A stretch of DNA of 60,271 bases from a virus (Duplodnaviria; Caudoviricetes): positions 1 to 60,271 of IMG/VR virus record IMGVR_UViG_3300032282_003042, one strand, 5' to 3'. Below are positions 45,551-57,400 of the stretch, piece by piece; within the stretch, counting starts at the first letter, position 1, and every line of letters starts with the position of its first letter. Under the pieces are notes generated by a model. The model worked only from the letters and a program-made list of their open reading frames with translations, was not told the DNA's origin and did no database searches. Made by a program: the position numbers and the translations under genes.

Positions 45551-45776
45551 TTGCTCTTTTTATATCTTTTTCTATATCTTCCATACTATTTAATCTTTTT
45601 TTCCAACCATCTCCTTTTGTCGTTCCTTTCATTGGATTGATGCAAGTATCATCTCCTATTCTATCGCAAACCAAACTAGCAAGTTCAGTTTCGTTACCTT
45701 TTTTATTTGTTCCAGACCAAAAGTGCTGACCATCAATCCAGCAAGCTCCACATTTAGGGCATGTTTTAGTATTCAT
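45543..45776 (-). CDS. hypothetical Cys-rich protein
   Basis: 77 aa; CPKC...C...CINP. Confidence 0.75.
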   Translation of the reverse strand: MNTKTCPKCGACWIDGQHFWSGTNKKGNETELASLVCDRIGDDTCINPMKGTTKGDGWKKRLNSMEDIEKDIKRANE

Positions 45777-45777
45777 A

Positions 45778-46608
45778 TTAGCAATTCCAAGCTCGTAGTG
45801 ATTTGTTAATGCGTGAATCTGGGTCGTTTGCTGTTTTTTTAGAAGTCAACTTTTTTTTCATTCCTTTCATTCTTGCACAAAAAGAATCTCTACGTGAACC
45901 ACCTTCTGGTTGAGGTGCTTTTAAATCACTACCAGGATGTTGTTTTTCGTATGATTTACGACCTTTTTCATTAAGTCCTCCATTTTTATTTTTACCTGCT
46001 TTACGTGTCCAAGCTGCACTTTCTTGCATATCATCATCGTCATCATCATCTTCTGAAACATCATTTTGTTTCTTTTTTGCTTCTTTAATTAAATCAGGGT
46101 GGCGAGAATATAAAGGTCCATCATAATTACCAGCAAATTCTTCATTGGTGCTAGTCATATAATCAGCTGCACTATCAATATAATCACACGCAAGCGTAAT
46201 TTTAGATTGAACCCAAGCAGGAAGTTGCATATTGGAGTCTTTTACTACTAGACGAAGACGATTTACTGCATCTTCAATAGTATCCATTTGACTCATAATC
46301 ATACCACCTTCATTATCAATTTCTTTCCCCATAGCAACGGCAATATGATTTTCGCAAATTTGTCTTATTTCTTTTATTGTTTTCTTTTTCTTCCATTCTT
46401 TTTTAAGTGACTTTTCCATAGGTAGTAAGTGCTTGTAGTAATCGGGGAACTCCATAATATGTTGAAGGGCAATACCATATGCTTCTTCATGTGTAGTTAC
46501 ATGCTCACGCTCAACGGTAGAACCAATCTCTGCTTGACGAGTAACATAGTCAAGTGAAACACCATGCTTCTTAACAATCTCTTGCTCTGTAGGAACTCTC
46601 TTTTTCAT
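45778..46608 (-). CDS. modular hypothetical protein (possible internal head protein)
   Basis: Modules EREH..HIMEFPDYY; LPAWVQSKITLACDY; AWTRKAGKNKNGGLN..SFCARM..SLRAWNC, separated by acidic linkers and X-X-E sites. Confidence 0.75.
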   Translation of the reverse strand: MKKRVPTEQEIVKKHGVSLDYVTRQAEIGSTVEREHVTTHEEAYGIALQHIMEFPDYYKHLLPMEKSLKKEWKKKKTIKEIRQICENHIAVAMGKEIDNEGGMIMSQMDTIEDAVNRLRLVVKDSNMQLPAWVQSKITLACDYIDSAADYMTSTNEEFAGNYDGPLYSRHPDLIKEAKKKQNDVSEDDDDDDDMQESAAWTRKAGKNKNGGLNEKGRKSYEKQHPGSDLKAPQPEGGSRRDSFCARMKGMKKKLTSKKTANDPDSRINKSLRAWNC

Positions 46609-48251
46609 CTGCTAATTTCCTCCCAGTCCATAGAAGCAACAACAGTATCATCACCACCAACAGCATCAGAAGCAACCACAAGTGTAAGTTCATAAGGACT
46701 TCCAGTTAATCCATTTCTTTCTAACTGAAACTTAAATAATGCTTCTTTGAGAATATCAACTTGACTTGCTCCTTGATTTGATGCGTTGAAAAATCCACTT
46801 GCTAGTATTCTTCCCCCAGCAAAAGAAGTGCCAGTAATGTTATAATCAACAGCACTATCATCACCAGCACTCGTCCAAGTTCCACCAGTAGTAGTACCAG
46901 TGGCACGTACTTGCCAATTATAATTACCAGTGGTAATTGGCATTATAGAAAGTGCTGTGAGAATTACAATAGCATCTAAACGATTTGGTGATGTTTTGAG
47001 ACGCAAAGATATTACAGGATAAAATGTTCCCGCAGTTCCTAATGTTCTTGGGGAATTGATTGGGATACCAACTGCCTGCTGTATTCCACTAAGTTCATAA
47101 CCACCTTCGGAAATGGCAGTAGAGCAAACTTGCTTCATCGTGCTACTACCACTTGTAGTACCAGTATTAGTAAGCTCACATCTCAAAGGAAGTGATGCTG
47201 TTGTAATATAAGTTGAAGTGATTAAGTTTGCGTGGTGGAATGAATGGCAGAGGATAAACTGTCCGTTTATTACAAATCCCATTCTTACAGTACCAAGACC
47301 TAACCATTCAATATCCATCCAAATGATTTGTGCTTTGGTTGTATCTAATGTAATACCAGACGGACCAGTTCCATTTAACTTATCACCATTCCAATTTGCT
47401 TGTGCTACTTCTGTTTGAGTTCCAGTAGATAAACTCCTTTCTACAAAGTAAGGTGTCGTGCCATTAATCTCAAAATACATTCCATTGTCAGCACCAAAAT
47501 ATCCAACTCTCTGTCTCAGGTTTGCTTTTGGTGTGGCAGGAACAAAGGTATTCATCACAAGCAAAGATTTACCTGGCTGATACGAAAATACTTTTGTGGT
47601 CTCACGAATAACTTGTGCCCCAGAAGCATTATTCACTGTTAGATTAACCAGACCTTCGTTAGCAATAAAAGTAGCAGAAGCAGTGCCAGTGGTAGCAGTT
47701 GCCCACAGGTTATTATCTCTGTATCTGTGGGAACTATCAAACAAAGTAAGAGGTGCTGATACTCTTTGACGACCGAAAGCATCCGTAGTTCCTGTTGGTG
47801 CTGTAGTTACAAATGTTCCAGTTACGGGAATTGGATTGTTTAAATCATTTTTAATTTCCACTTCTGGCATTGTGCCAATGTTCACTGAACCACTTACAGG
47901 AACTGCTGTATTCCTTAGTTGAGCATCTGTTAGAGGACCACTAACAGGTTGAGTTGCTTGCCAAAATGTACCACTTACAGGTTGAGTTGCTGGAAAATTG
48001 GATACCGAAACACTCAAAGCACCACCATTATCATTCTTAATGGGAATACCCTGAGCAGTTGTATTGTTTACTTTAACTTCTGATCCTACATTTACTGTTC
48101 CAGTAATGGTAACATTTTCTGTTCCCAGAGAAACATGAAGTGGGTTGCTTTGGTCAATAGGGTCGCCATCCTTATTGGCAAGCATCATCACTTCATAAAG
48201 TGATTTTTCTTGGTTGAGAAATGATTGTGTAATTTTATTAAACTGTGCCAT
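46605..48251 (-). CDS. putative virion structural protein
   Basis: 548 aa; N-terminal Val/Pro/Thr repeats (ATQPVSG twice), DAFGRQRVS motif, lectin-like beta-rich C-terminus. Confidence 0.65.
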   Translation of the reverse strand: MAQFNKITQSFLNQEKSLYEVMMLANKDGDPIDQSNPLHVSLGTENVTITGTVNVGSEVKVNNTTAQGIPIKNDNGGALSVSVSNFPATQPVSGTFWQATQPVSGPLTDAQLRNTAVPVSGSVNIGTMPEVEIKNDLNNPIPVTGTFVTTAPTGTTDAFGRQRVSAPLTLFDSSHRYRDNNLWATATTGTASATFIANEGLVNLTVNNASGAQVIRETTKVFSYQPGKSLLVMNTFVPATPKANLRQRVGYFGADNGMYFEINGTTPYFVERSLSTGTQTEVAQANWNGDKLNGTGPSGITLDTTKAQIIWMDIEWLGLGTVRMGFVINGQFILCHSFHHANLITSTYITTASLPLRCELTNTGTTSGSSTMKQVCSTAISEGGYELSGIQQAVGIPINSPRTLGTAGTFYPVISLRLKTSPNRLDAIVILTALSIMPITTGNYNWQVRATGTTTGGTWTSAGDDSAVDYNITGTSFAGGRILASGFFNASNQGASQVDILKEALFKFQLERNGLTGSPYELTLVVASDAVGGDDTVVASMDWEEISR

Positions 48252-48514
48252 TAGTTTCCGAAAGCAATTTTAGTTACTTTGACACTAGAACCACCAGTTG
48301 ATGCTGCTAACAGTTGGTCACCAGTTTTTTGAACATAGATAATTTCATATTCTTTCAAAGTAAAAGAACCAAGAATATCGGTATCAGTGGGATCTTTTAC
48401 TAACAATGCTGACTGAGCATTTTGATTATTAAATACTCTCACAAGAGTAGCACCACTAACACTACTTGAAGCAGTCAAATTAGTTTCTTGGCTTAATAAT
48501 TTAAGAACTTGCAT
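48251..48514 (-). CDS. hypothetical protein
   Basis: 87 aa; AAGGA RBS and AATAAATA at 48535-48542. Confidence 0.75.
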   Translation of the reverse strand: MQVLKLLSQETNLTASSSVSGATLVRVFNNQNAQSALLVKDPTDTDILGSFTLKEYEIIYVQKTGDQLLAASTGGSSVKVTKIAFGN

Positions 48515-48537
48515 TGTATTTTCCTTTTATTTTATAT

Positions 48538-48951
48538 TTATTCTTCTGGTTCTTTCTTGCTCATATCTTTGAGCATTTTTTGAAGATCAGCTGTAGATCC
48601 AAGAAACATTGTATTGTTAACTGTTGTGGGAGCAGATCCTTTAACAGGAGCATCTAGATCTTTCATCTTCTTCTGTAGATCTATCAATTTATCAGTCATG
48701 TCTGAGACCTGCTTCATGGCGTTCACAGCGACTTCATACGCTCTAGGATGCCCAGACTCCTGAGCGACCTCTAAGGCGCCTTGTACGGCCTCCTGGCCCT
48801 TTTCTATGAGATCATATAAATGCCCCCTGGTATATTCGTAATCTTTTTCTGGATCATCAGATTTTGTAGAAATAGATTTATTATTTTTATCAACTACTTC
48901 CACGGGAGCTATATCAAATATTTGAGTCATGTTTTGTTGAAATTCATTCAT
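48538..48951 (-). CDS. gp16: terminase small subunit
   Basis: DYEYTR..L, HPRAYEV, FLGSTADLQKML. Confidence 0.93.
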   Translation of the reverse strand: MNEFQQNMTQIFDIAPVEVVDKNNKSISTKSDDPEKDYEYTRGHLYDLIEKGQEAVQGALEVAQESGHPRAYEVAVNAMKQVSDMTDKLIDLQKKMKDLDAPVKGSAPTTVNNTMFLGSTADLQKMLKDMSKKEPEE

Positions 48952-49759
48952 ATATAACTATTTCCTCGTTGAATCCAAAATCATCAGTTGATATCAATAA
49001 TAAATTATCTTGATTATTAATAACACCATCATTATTTTTGTCGGTTAATGCTTTTGGTGTGTATGTTAATTTAGAATTTCTAGTGTTAGAAGGATATTCA
49101 GAAGCAGATTCATAAACAATAGCTTTCTTAATAATAGAAGATTGATTGAATGGACCATATACATATGTTTTTGCTGTAAATGATAAAGTCCACGTAATTA
49201 ATCTTCTGTTTATAAAAGTTCCTTCCCAATCATCTTCATAATTTATTGTATTTAAAACAATTTGAACATCTTTTTTTTCATTCATGTCAGGAATGAAATT
49301 TATTGTTATGTTGAAATTTGGTTGAAAATATGGTATAATTTGTTCAAGTATTTGAAGACCATCATCTTGAGATTTAGAAAGTATTCCTAATTCAAATTCT
49401 ATATTATATGGTATTGGAACATATTGAACTTTTATTTCTTCGCCATTATTATTAATTATATTTTTATATTTTTGTATTGGACTAGTTTTTCTAGAACTAT
49501 CGTATGATATATTAACCATTTCAAAATACATTCTAGGAAGAATGACGTTTTCGTATGGTCTCCCTGGAGATGGATCTGGATCCTGCTCTATTCTTGTTAG
49601 AAATTTACTTCTTGGACCATAAGCAAAAGGAACTTTTTGTGCCTCTATAATATCTCCTGATGTTGGATCTTTTTTCTGTATTTCTATATTATTAAATAAA
49701 GTTCCAAAACCAACTACAGTTTTATGAATTGCTTGATTGTAAAAATGTTGTCCTAGCAT
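48944..49759 (-). CDS. gp15: tail sheath stabilizer / completion protein
   Basis: FGTLFNNI, VPFAYGP, LPRMYFE, QILEQIIPYFQP. Confidence 0.93.
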   Translation of the reverse strand: MLGQHFYNQAIHKTVVGFGTLFNNIEIQKKDPTSGDIIEAQKVPFAYGPRSKFLTRIEQDPDPSPGRPYENVILPRMYFEMVNISYDSSRKTSPIQKYKNIINNNGEEIKVQYVPIPYNIEFELGILSKSQDDGLQILEQIIPYFQPNFNITINFIPDMNEKKDVQIVLNTINYEDDWEGTFINRRLITWTLSFTAKTYVYGPFNQSSIIKKAIVYESASEYPSNTRNSKLTYTPKALTDKNNDGVINNQDNLLLISTDDFGFNEEIVIYE

Positions 49760-50625
49760 TAGAAACTATCCATAAAATTTCCATAATCACCAAAAGCATT
49801 TTTTTCACTAAAATCTAATATAGTGTTTGCTTCTTCTTCAATATATTTATTCTGTGAATACTTAGTATTAACGTCTTCCAATGTATCAAAACTTTCTATT
49901 TCCCAAATAGCGTCGGTTCCTGTTATAGTTTCATTTTCTACAAAATTTCCATCTCGTTTATATACAATTAATTTTCTTGTATTAGGATTCCATGAGGATA
50001 CTCTTGCTGTAGTTCCACTAACACTTCCAGTAATAGTTTCCTTGAGTAAAAATACTCCAGAACCACCAATTTTTAATACTAATGTAGTTGAGTTGCTCAG
50101 TAAAGAATCCATATCGTCAATATCACTGATGCCAGTTTCTATAGTATCATTATTAAATTCATAAATTTCTGCTACTATAGTATAAAAATAAATTTCTCCC
50201 AATTGATAAAATGCTGTTTCGTTACGTACAAATTTAATTTCATATAATTGTTTTGTTAATGGAAAGAAAAGTAAATCCCCTTCTAGAGGTCTAATAGCAA
50301 GACCAAATTTAACTCCTTCTAATTCCCATCTTCTTTTAGAAACTACAAATGTTATTTCATCAGTAACTCTTAAACCAAATTTAGATACAAATTCTGCTTC
50401 ATTCCCAAAACCTTCTACATTTTGTAGCAACATTTCAATTTGAAATTGTTTTTCAAATTTTGAATAAATTATATCACTTAGAGAATTTTCTTTTATTATT
50501 ATTCTAGGCAAATAATACAAATCACATCCAAACAATTTAATTTGTTCGTCTACTAAATCTTGAATTAAATTTTGTTCTGATTTGTTTCCCCCATATCGTT
50601 GAGGAAAATAATGACTGGTTGCCAT
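49759..50625 (-). CDS. gp14: neck protein
   Basis: EQIKLFG, YYLPR, SKFGL, RPLEGDLLFFP, FYQLG. Confidence 0.92.
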   Translation of the reverse strand: MATSHYFPQRYGGNKSEQNLIQDLVDEQIKLFGCDLYYLPRIIIKENSLSDIIYSKFEKQFQIEMLLQNVEGFGNEAEFVSKFGLRVTDEITFVVSKRRWELEGVKFGLAIRPLEGDLLFFPLTKQLYEIKFVRNETAFYQLGEIYFYTIVAEIYEFNNDTIETGISDIDDMDSLLSNSTTLVLKIGGSGVFLLKETITGSVSGTTARVSSWNPNTRKLIVYKRDGNFVENETITGTDAIWEIESFDTLEDVNTKYSQNKYIEEEANTILDFSEKNAFGDYGNFMDSF

Positions 50626-50629
50626 AAAA

Positions 50630-51460
50630 TTATCCTATCATATCTACTGGAGGTATTGCATAATCAGATAGCATCATAGATTCCAATTCTTTAACTTCTT
50701 GATTTCCGTCTTCCCACAATTGCCTTCCATTCATTGTTATTCCCCCAGGAAGTTGAATATTGTTATATTTAATCATATTTTGCCCCCACTGTCTTTTTAT
50801 TAAAGCAGTAGTGTATTTTTTCAAAAAGCTATCATTATAAATTTTAGACCAATCTTGTGGATCTAATGCCCTATGACATTCAATTAATAGATAATTGCCT
50901 GGCTTAATTCTAGTATTATCAATATCAATATATAAACGATCTTGACGTTTATTAAATCTAAATTGAACCAAAGCTCCAGTATTAACAACAGTATCTAAAG
51001 TTTCAAAATATTGACGAATCATATAATAATTTGACATATCAAAATTACCAAAAGCAAATCCAGATGAGAATGAAAAAATATCCATTAAAAAATATTGATT
51101 GCTTAAACCAAATAAATCATTGCGAACCCAATTTGAAGATACGCCAAATACTTTTGTAACACCAATAACATGATCTGGAACTTCAATAAAATTGTTTCTA
51201 TCTAACCAAGATGCAGAATCTGGGGAAGGCGTTGAAGTTATTGAATCTGATTGATTAAATCTTGTGTAATCTTCTTCTGTAACTTGATGTTTTAAATACA
51301 TCAATTCAATACCGTCATAATGATATTCTTGAAAAAATTGAATAGCATCATCTACTATATCGTCTAATTGATCTTGGTCCACATTAATTTCTAAAATTGG
51401 AGCACCAAGTCTTCTTAAACAATAATCTTTAAATTCTTCCCTAGTAGATGGCTTTGCCAT
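50630..51460 (-). CDS. gp13: neck protein
   Basis: YCLRRLGAPILEINV, YHYDG, KRQWGQN, LPGGITMNG. Confidence 0.94.
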   Translation of the reverse strand: MAKPSTREEFKDYCLRRLGAPILEINVDQDQLDDIVDDAIQFFQEYHYDGIELMYLKHQVTEEDYTRFNQSDSITSTPSPDSASWLDRNNFIEVPDHVIGVTKVFGVSSNWVRNDLFGLSNQYFLMDIFSFSSGFAFGNFDMSNYYMIRQYFETLDTVVNTGALVQFRFNKRQDRLYIDIDNTRIKPGNYLLIECHRALDPQDWSKIYNDSFLKKYTTALIKRQWGQNMIKYNNIQLPGGITMNGRQLWEDGNQEVKELESMMLSDYAIPPVDMIG

Positions 51461-51480
51461 TTCTATTCCCAATTATTAAT

Positions 51481-51488
51481 TATTTATT
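51481..51488 (-). promoter_or_regulatory. late promoter AATAAATA for the neck genes
   Basis: Near-consensus directly upstream of gp13. Confidence 0.65.
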
Positions 51489-54400
51489 CAAGTGAACGCA
51501 ACATTAAATTGATATAATTTATTATTTGTTGCTCCATAAACATATAGTTTTGTTCCAACTTCATTAAAAGAAACGTTTGTTAATATTGTATCCGAAATTC
51601 CGACACTAGATGTTGAAATATTAAAGAAACTATTTGAATTTAATGTTGCTGTATATAGATACCATGGAGTTGAAAGATCATATTGAATAATTCTATTATT
51701 TTGGCTACCAATTAAAAATAATTTTGATCCTTCATTATCAAATGAAATACCATAAACAGTATTTTCTACAGCGGCAATATTTAAATAACCTAGATACGCA
51801 GTGCTGAGATCCCAAGGAAAAGACAAATCATAATGTAATATCCTAGCAGAAGAAGTTTCTGTTGCGTATAATATTGTTCCAGCATCGTTAAAGGATAAAC
51901 CATTATATGTAGTACCATAAACAGAAATATTCAATGATTTACCACTATAAGAAGCCGTTGATATGTCCCATGCTGTTGATAAATTATATTGATAAACTGT
52001 GTTATTGGTATTTCCTATAACATAACAATTTGATCCATCAGAACTAAATATTAATCCTCTAGGAAGAGCATCTTGAGTAGTTACAGCAAATGACTTAGAT
52101 GCATATGTGATACTTGATATATTCCAAGGTTGAGATAATGTATATTGATAAATTGTATTATTTGTATCTCCAAGAGCATATAGTTTAGTTCCATCTGAAC
52201 TAAAAGCTAAATCAGTTGGAAGAGCATCTTGAGTACCAACTGTTGTTGCTCCACTAGAACCAGTAATTATTGTACTTAAATCGTAAGGTGTTGTTAAATC
52301 AAATTGAAATATATCTATATTTGTTGATGACACATACAATTTTGTTCCATCATTATTAAATTTTAAATCGCTTGGGTCTGTTGTTAAATTTGTTATAGAT
52401 CTAGTATAGGCTAATGAAATACTAGCAACATCATTAGGAGTTGCTAAATTAATTTGATATATAGAATCATTTGTTGATCCAATCATGAATATACTTGTTC
52501 CATCTGGTGTTATTTCTATTCCTCTGGTAATACTATCGTAACCACTTACAGCAGTACCAGATGATTTTGAATAAACAGCAGAAGAAACTAAAAATGGAAC
52601 ACTTAAATCATATTGGTAAATATATTTTGTTACATTACTTGTACCAACCATAAAAAGTTTGGAACCATCATTACTAAAACAAAATCCTTGTGGTGTTCCG
52701 TCTTGAGCATTAACACTTACGAAACCATTATTAATAGCTCTTACTGTCCAACTAGTTTCTAATGGATATTGATAAACTCCATCAGATCCTTGTCCTACAA
52801 TATAAACGTTAGACCCAGTAGAATCAAATACTATTCCAGTTGAAGTTGCATCGTCGTTTACGATACTAACAGAAAAACTATTTACTGTTGCTGTTGTTAC
52901 GTCCCATGCACTTGACATAGAATATTCGTATATTCTATCGTTAGCTGAACCCACAACATAAAATTTTGTTCCGTCGTCTTTAAAATAAACGCCGCCCGCA
53001 GATAATTCTGCTAATACTACAGATTGCCTAGAATATGTTGCTGTTGATACTTGCCATGCAACTGATAAATTATATTCAAATACTCTATCATTTGACTGAC
53101 CTACCATGTATATTCTAGTTCCATCTGGTTTAAAAAAGATACCAGCTGATGTAGTATCTTGAGTAACTACGGTAACATATCCTATATTTGTAGTTGAAAT
53201 ATCATAAGCTGTTCCAATTGGGAATTGCCATACAAGCGCAGTAGTACCACCAATAACATAAATTGCTGTTCCATCAGAATTTATTGCTATACCTCTGCTA
53301 TCTCCATCTTGAAGTACAATTGATACTGATTTACTGGCATATGTTGCAGTACTAATATCCCATGCAGTAGATAAAGTGTATTGATAAATTGCATCAGTTG
53401 AAAAACCACCGACATACAATATAGTGCCAGTAGGATTAAAACACATACCACTTGGATTTCCTTCCTGAGTAGTAACATTCAAAGATTTTGATGCATAACT
53501 ACCAGTACTAATATCCCATGCTGTAGATAAAGTGTATTGATAGATTGTATTATTTGTATCACCTATTATATAAGCTTTAGTACCATCGGAACTAAAAGCT
53601 AAAGCAGCTGATGTTGTATCTTGAGTTAAAATTGATAAAGTTTTTGTCGAATAAGACGCCGTACTAATATCCCATGCTGTACTTAAAGTATATTGTCTGA
53701 TATTATCTGATGCTGTTCCAACTATGTAACATTTAGTGCCATCAGAACTAAAAGCTATTCCTGATGGAACAGTTTCTTGCGAAGTTACAGAAAATGATTT
53801 AGTAGCAAATGTTGCGGTAGAAATATCATAAGCAACAGTTAAATTGTATTGGTATATTGTGTCGTTTGTTTGACCCAAAATATATAATTTTAAACCAGAA
53901 TCTCCAAAACATAAATCATATGGGTTTGTATCTCTAGCAGAAACGGATAATGATTTGTATGGAGTTATTGCAGTAGTAATATCCCACGGAGTTGTTAATA
54001 AATATTCTCCTATTCTATCGTTAGTTGTTCCATTAATGTATAATTTAGTTCCATCTGATTTTAAAGTAAATCCAAGTACGTTTGCTTCATAATGAGTTGT
54101 AGTAGTAAAAGTTTTACTATCATATGTAGCTGATGTAACAAGATTTGGAGTTGATAGAGTATATTGATATATAATGTTATTAGTTAAAACATATAATTTT
54201 GTGCCATTATTTCCAAGAAATAAATCATTAGGATCTAATGCTTGAGCACTTGTAGATTTGAAAAAATAAGATTCTGCTGCAGTTGAAACATCCCATGCTG
54301 TTGATAATTTATATTCTCTAACATAATCATTTGCATAACCAATAACATACATTTTAGTTCCTGTTGGATTAAATGATACTGAAGTTGCATTTGATGCCCA

Positions 54401-57400
54401 AGTGGCAGTGGAAAATGATTTATTTGCGTATGTTGCAGTACTTATTTGATATGGAGTTGATAAATTAAATTGAAATACTGTATTGGAACCTGTTCCAACA
54501 ACATATAATTTAGTACCAGAATCACCTATTGCTAAACCTTCTGGGGAAGTCTCTCTAGCTAAAGGACTATATTTTTTGGTATATATTGAATAAGCAGTAG
54601 ATAAATCCCAAGCAGTAGATAGAGAAAATTGATATACCCTATTGTTGTCATCACCCATAACAAAAAATTGTTTTCCGTCTGAACTAATATATAAACCATT
54701 AAACGTAGCTTCAAAAGCAGATACGCTAAAAGATTTTGAAGAGTATGTTGCAGTAAATAAATCGTATGGAGTTGTTAAATTATATTGATAAACAGTATTA
54801 TTTGTATCACCTAAAACATAAAGATTATATCCACTATTTCCAAATATGGCACCACTCAATACTCCAGTATCTTGAGATCCAACATATAAAGATTTTCTGT
54901 AATAAGCTGTACTAATATCCCAAGCTGTACTCAAAATTAATTCATGAATTCTATCGTTAGTGCTTCCTACCAAGAAAACTTTAGTTCCATCTAAATTAAA
55001 TGTTAATGAAGCTGAAGTTCCATCTAATAAAGATATATTAAAAGATTTATTTGAATAAGATGCACTATTAATATTCCAGGCAATAGATAAATTATATTGA
55101 TATATTGTATCGTTTGTTTGACCTACAATATATGCTTTAGTTCCATCGGTACTAAAAGTCAATCCAGATACTAATGTTTCTTGACTAGATATTGAAAAAT
55201 AATTTTTTTGTGCCGTACTTATATCTTCATTTGTTAATAATACAATTTCAGATATTTTTTGAGAACCACATACATAAATTTTACCACCATCCGATTTTAA
55301 AAATACTCCTGTTGGTGGTGATGCTAATAAAGATGTCGAAAAACTTTTGGATGAATACGTAGTTGTAGTTATATCCCAAGGAGTAGACAATTCATATTGT
55401 TGAATAGTAGTTGTAGTATTGCCAGAAATATAAAATTTAGATCCGCTTGAATTAAAACAGATATCTCTTGGTGATGTATCTGATAATGTCAAAGAAGCTG
55501 GAACATACAATGATGACAATTCGTCTGGAGTTTGTAAAATGTAAGAATATATTCTATCAGATCCAGAACCTAAAATATACATTCTAGTACCATTATTGCC
55601 TAAAAATAATCCTAATGGTATATTTTCTTGTTTTGTAATTGATACAAAAGTTGAAAATGTACCAGAACCAACATTCCAAGGAACTGATAAATTATATTGA
55701 TTTATTCTATCATTTGTATTTCCTAATACATATAATCTAGTTCCAGAAGAATTGAAACAAAGATCAGTTGTTGATGTATCTTCAGTAAGAACAGAAAGAT
55801 AACCCAAATTAGCAGTAGAAATATCCCATGCCGTTGCTAAATTTAATTGGTTAATCGTATCACTTGCATTGCCGACAATGAAACATGAAGTTCCGTCCGA
55901 ACTAAAAAATAGGCCAGAGGATGTTGGTTCTAAACTTGATATGAGATATGATTTTCCCGAATAAGATGCTGTACTAATATCCCATGCTGAAGATAAATTA
56001 TATTGGTAAATAGTATCGGTTGTTGTTCCAACAATATAAAATGAACTACCGTCTGGATTAAAAAATAATGCAGATGCGGTTGCTTCTTGAGTACCTATAC
56101 TAAAAGTTTTGCTTGCATAAGTAGCAGTACTGACATCCCAAGCTACAGTCAAATTAAATTGATCTACTCTATCATTAGTATCTCCCATTACATATAATGA
56201 TAATCCATCACTTTTAAAATATATACCAGTGACTGTTGTTTCTCTAGCAGAAATAAGTACTGATTTTGTGGCATATGTTGCAGTACTAATATCCCATGCA
56301 GTAGATAAAGTGTATTGATAAACAGTATCATTTGTCTGACCTGCCATGTAAAAAGCAGTTCCATCAGATTTAAAAGTTATAGCTCTACTTGCAGTATCTT
56401 GTGTTGAAGTAGTTAAAGATTTTGATGCATATGTTGCAGTTGAAATATTCCAAGCTGATGATAAATTATATTGGTATACTACAGAAGTACCACTTATATA
56501 AGCTTTTGTTCCATCGGAACTAAATGTCATATCATATGATGTTGCTTCTTGACCACTGATTAATAATGTTTGTCTAAATGGTATAGCAGTACTTGCATCC
56601 CAAGCAACAGATAATTTATATTGATAAATTCTATCATTTGTATCACCACTTGTGTACATCAATGTGCCATCAGAACTAAAAGCTACACCAGTTAAAGATG
56701 TATCTAATGTTGATGTACTATAATTTTCTGGAGCAGTGTTAGTAGCTGTAGCAAGATCATATGGAGTAGCTAATGTAAAAGTATGCACAAGTTTGTTTGT
56801 TACTCCAAGTACATATAATTTTGTACCAGTAGAATTAATAGAAACTGCACTGGCATTTGTATCATATGATGTAAATAATAAAGATTTTGATGCGTATGTT
56901 GTGGTACTAATATCCCAAGCAGTAGATAATGTATATTGAAAAACTGTAGTTGTAGTATATGTTGATACGTAACATTTTGTTCCATCAGAACTAAATGCTA
57001 TTCCATTTGGAGCTGTGGTTTGTGTTGTTACTGCGAAAGATTTTGTTGCATAAGTACCTGTACTAATATCCCATGCTGTAGATAAAGTGTATTGATAGAT
57101 TGTATTATTTGTATCACCAAGCACATATGCTTTTGTTCCATCTGAACTAAAAGCTAAATCAGTTGGAAGAGCATCTTGAGTAGTAATAGTCAAAGATTTT
57201 GATGCATAACTACCAGTACTAATATCCCATGCTGTAGATAAAGTGTATTGATAGATTGTATTATTTGTATCACCTATTATATAAGCTTTAGTACCATCGG
57301 AACTAAATTTTACTCCCATAGAAACACTATCTTGAGTACTGACAGTTAGTGATTTGCCAGAATAATATGCGGTGTTTGTATCACCAGCAGTATTTAAAGT

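Noticed and set aside
47890-48000. Short direct repeats (CAGGTTGAGTTGCT twice)
   Set aside because: They simply encode the ATQPVSG peptide repeat of a structural protein
48990-49050. DKNNDGVINNQD Ca-binding-like loop in gp15
   Set aside because: A short motif that, as far as I recall, is common in cyanophage gp15 proteins; nothing here suggests a distinct system
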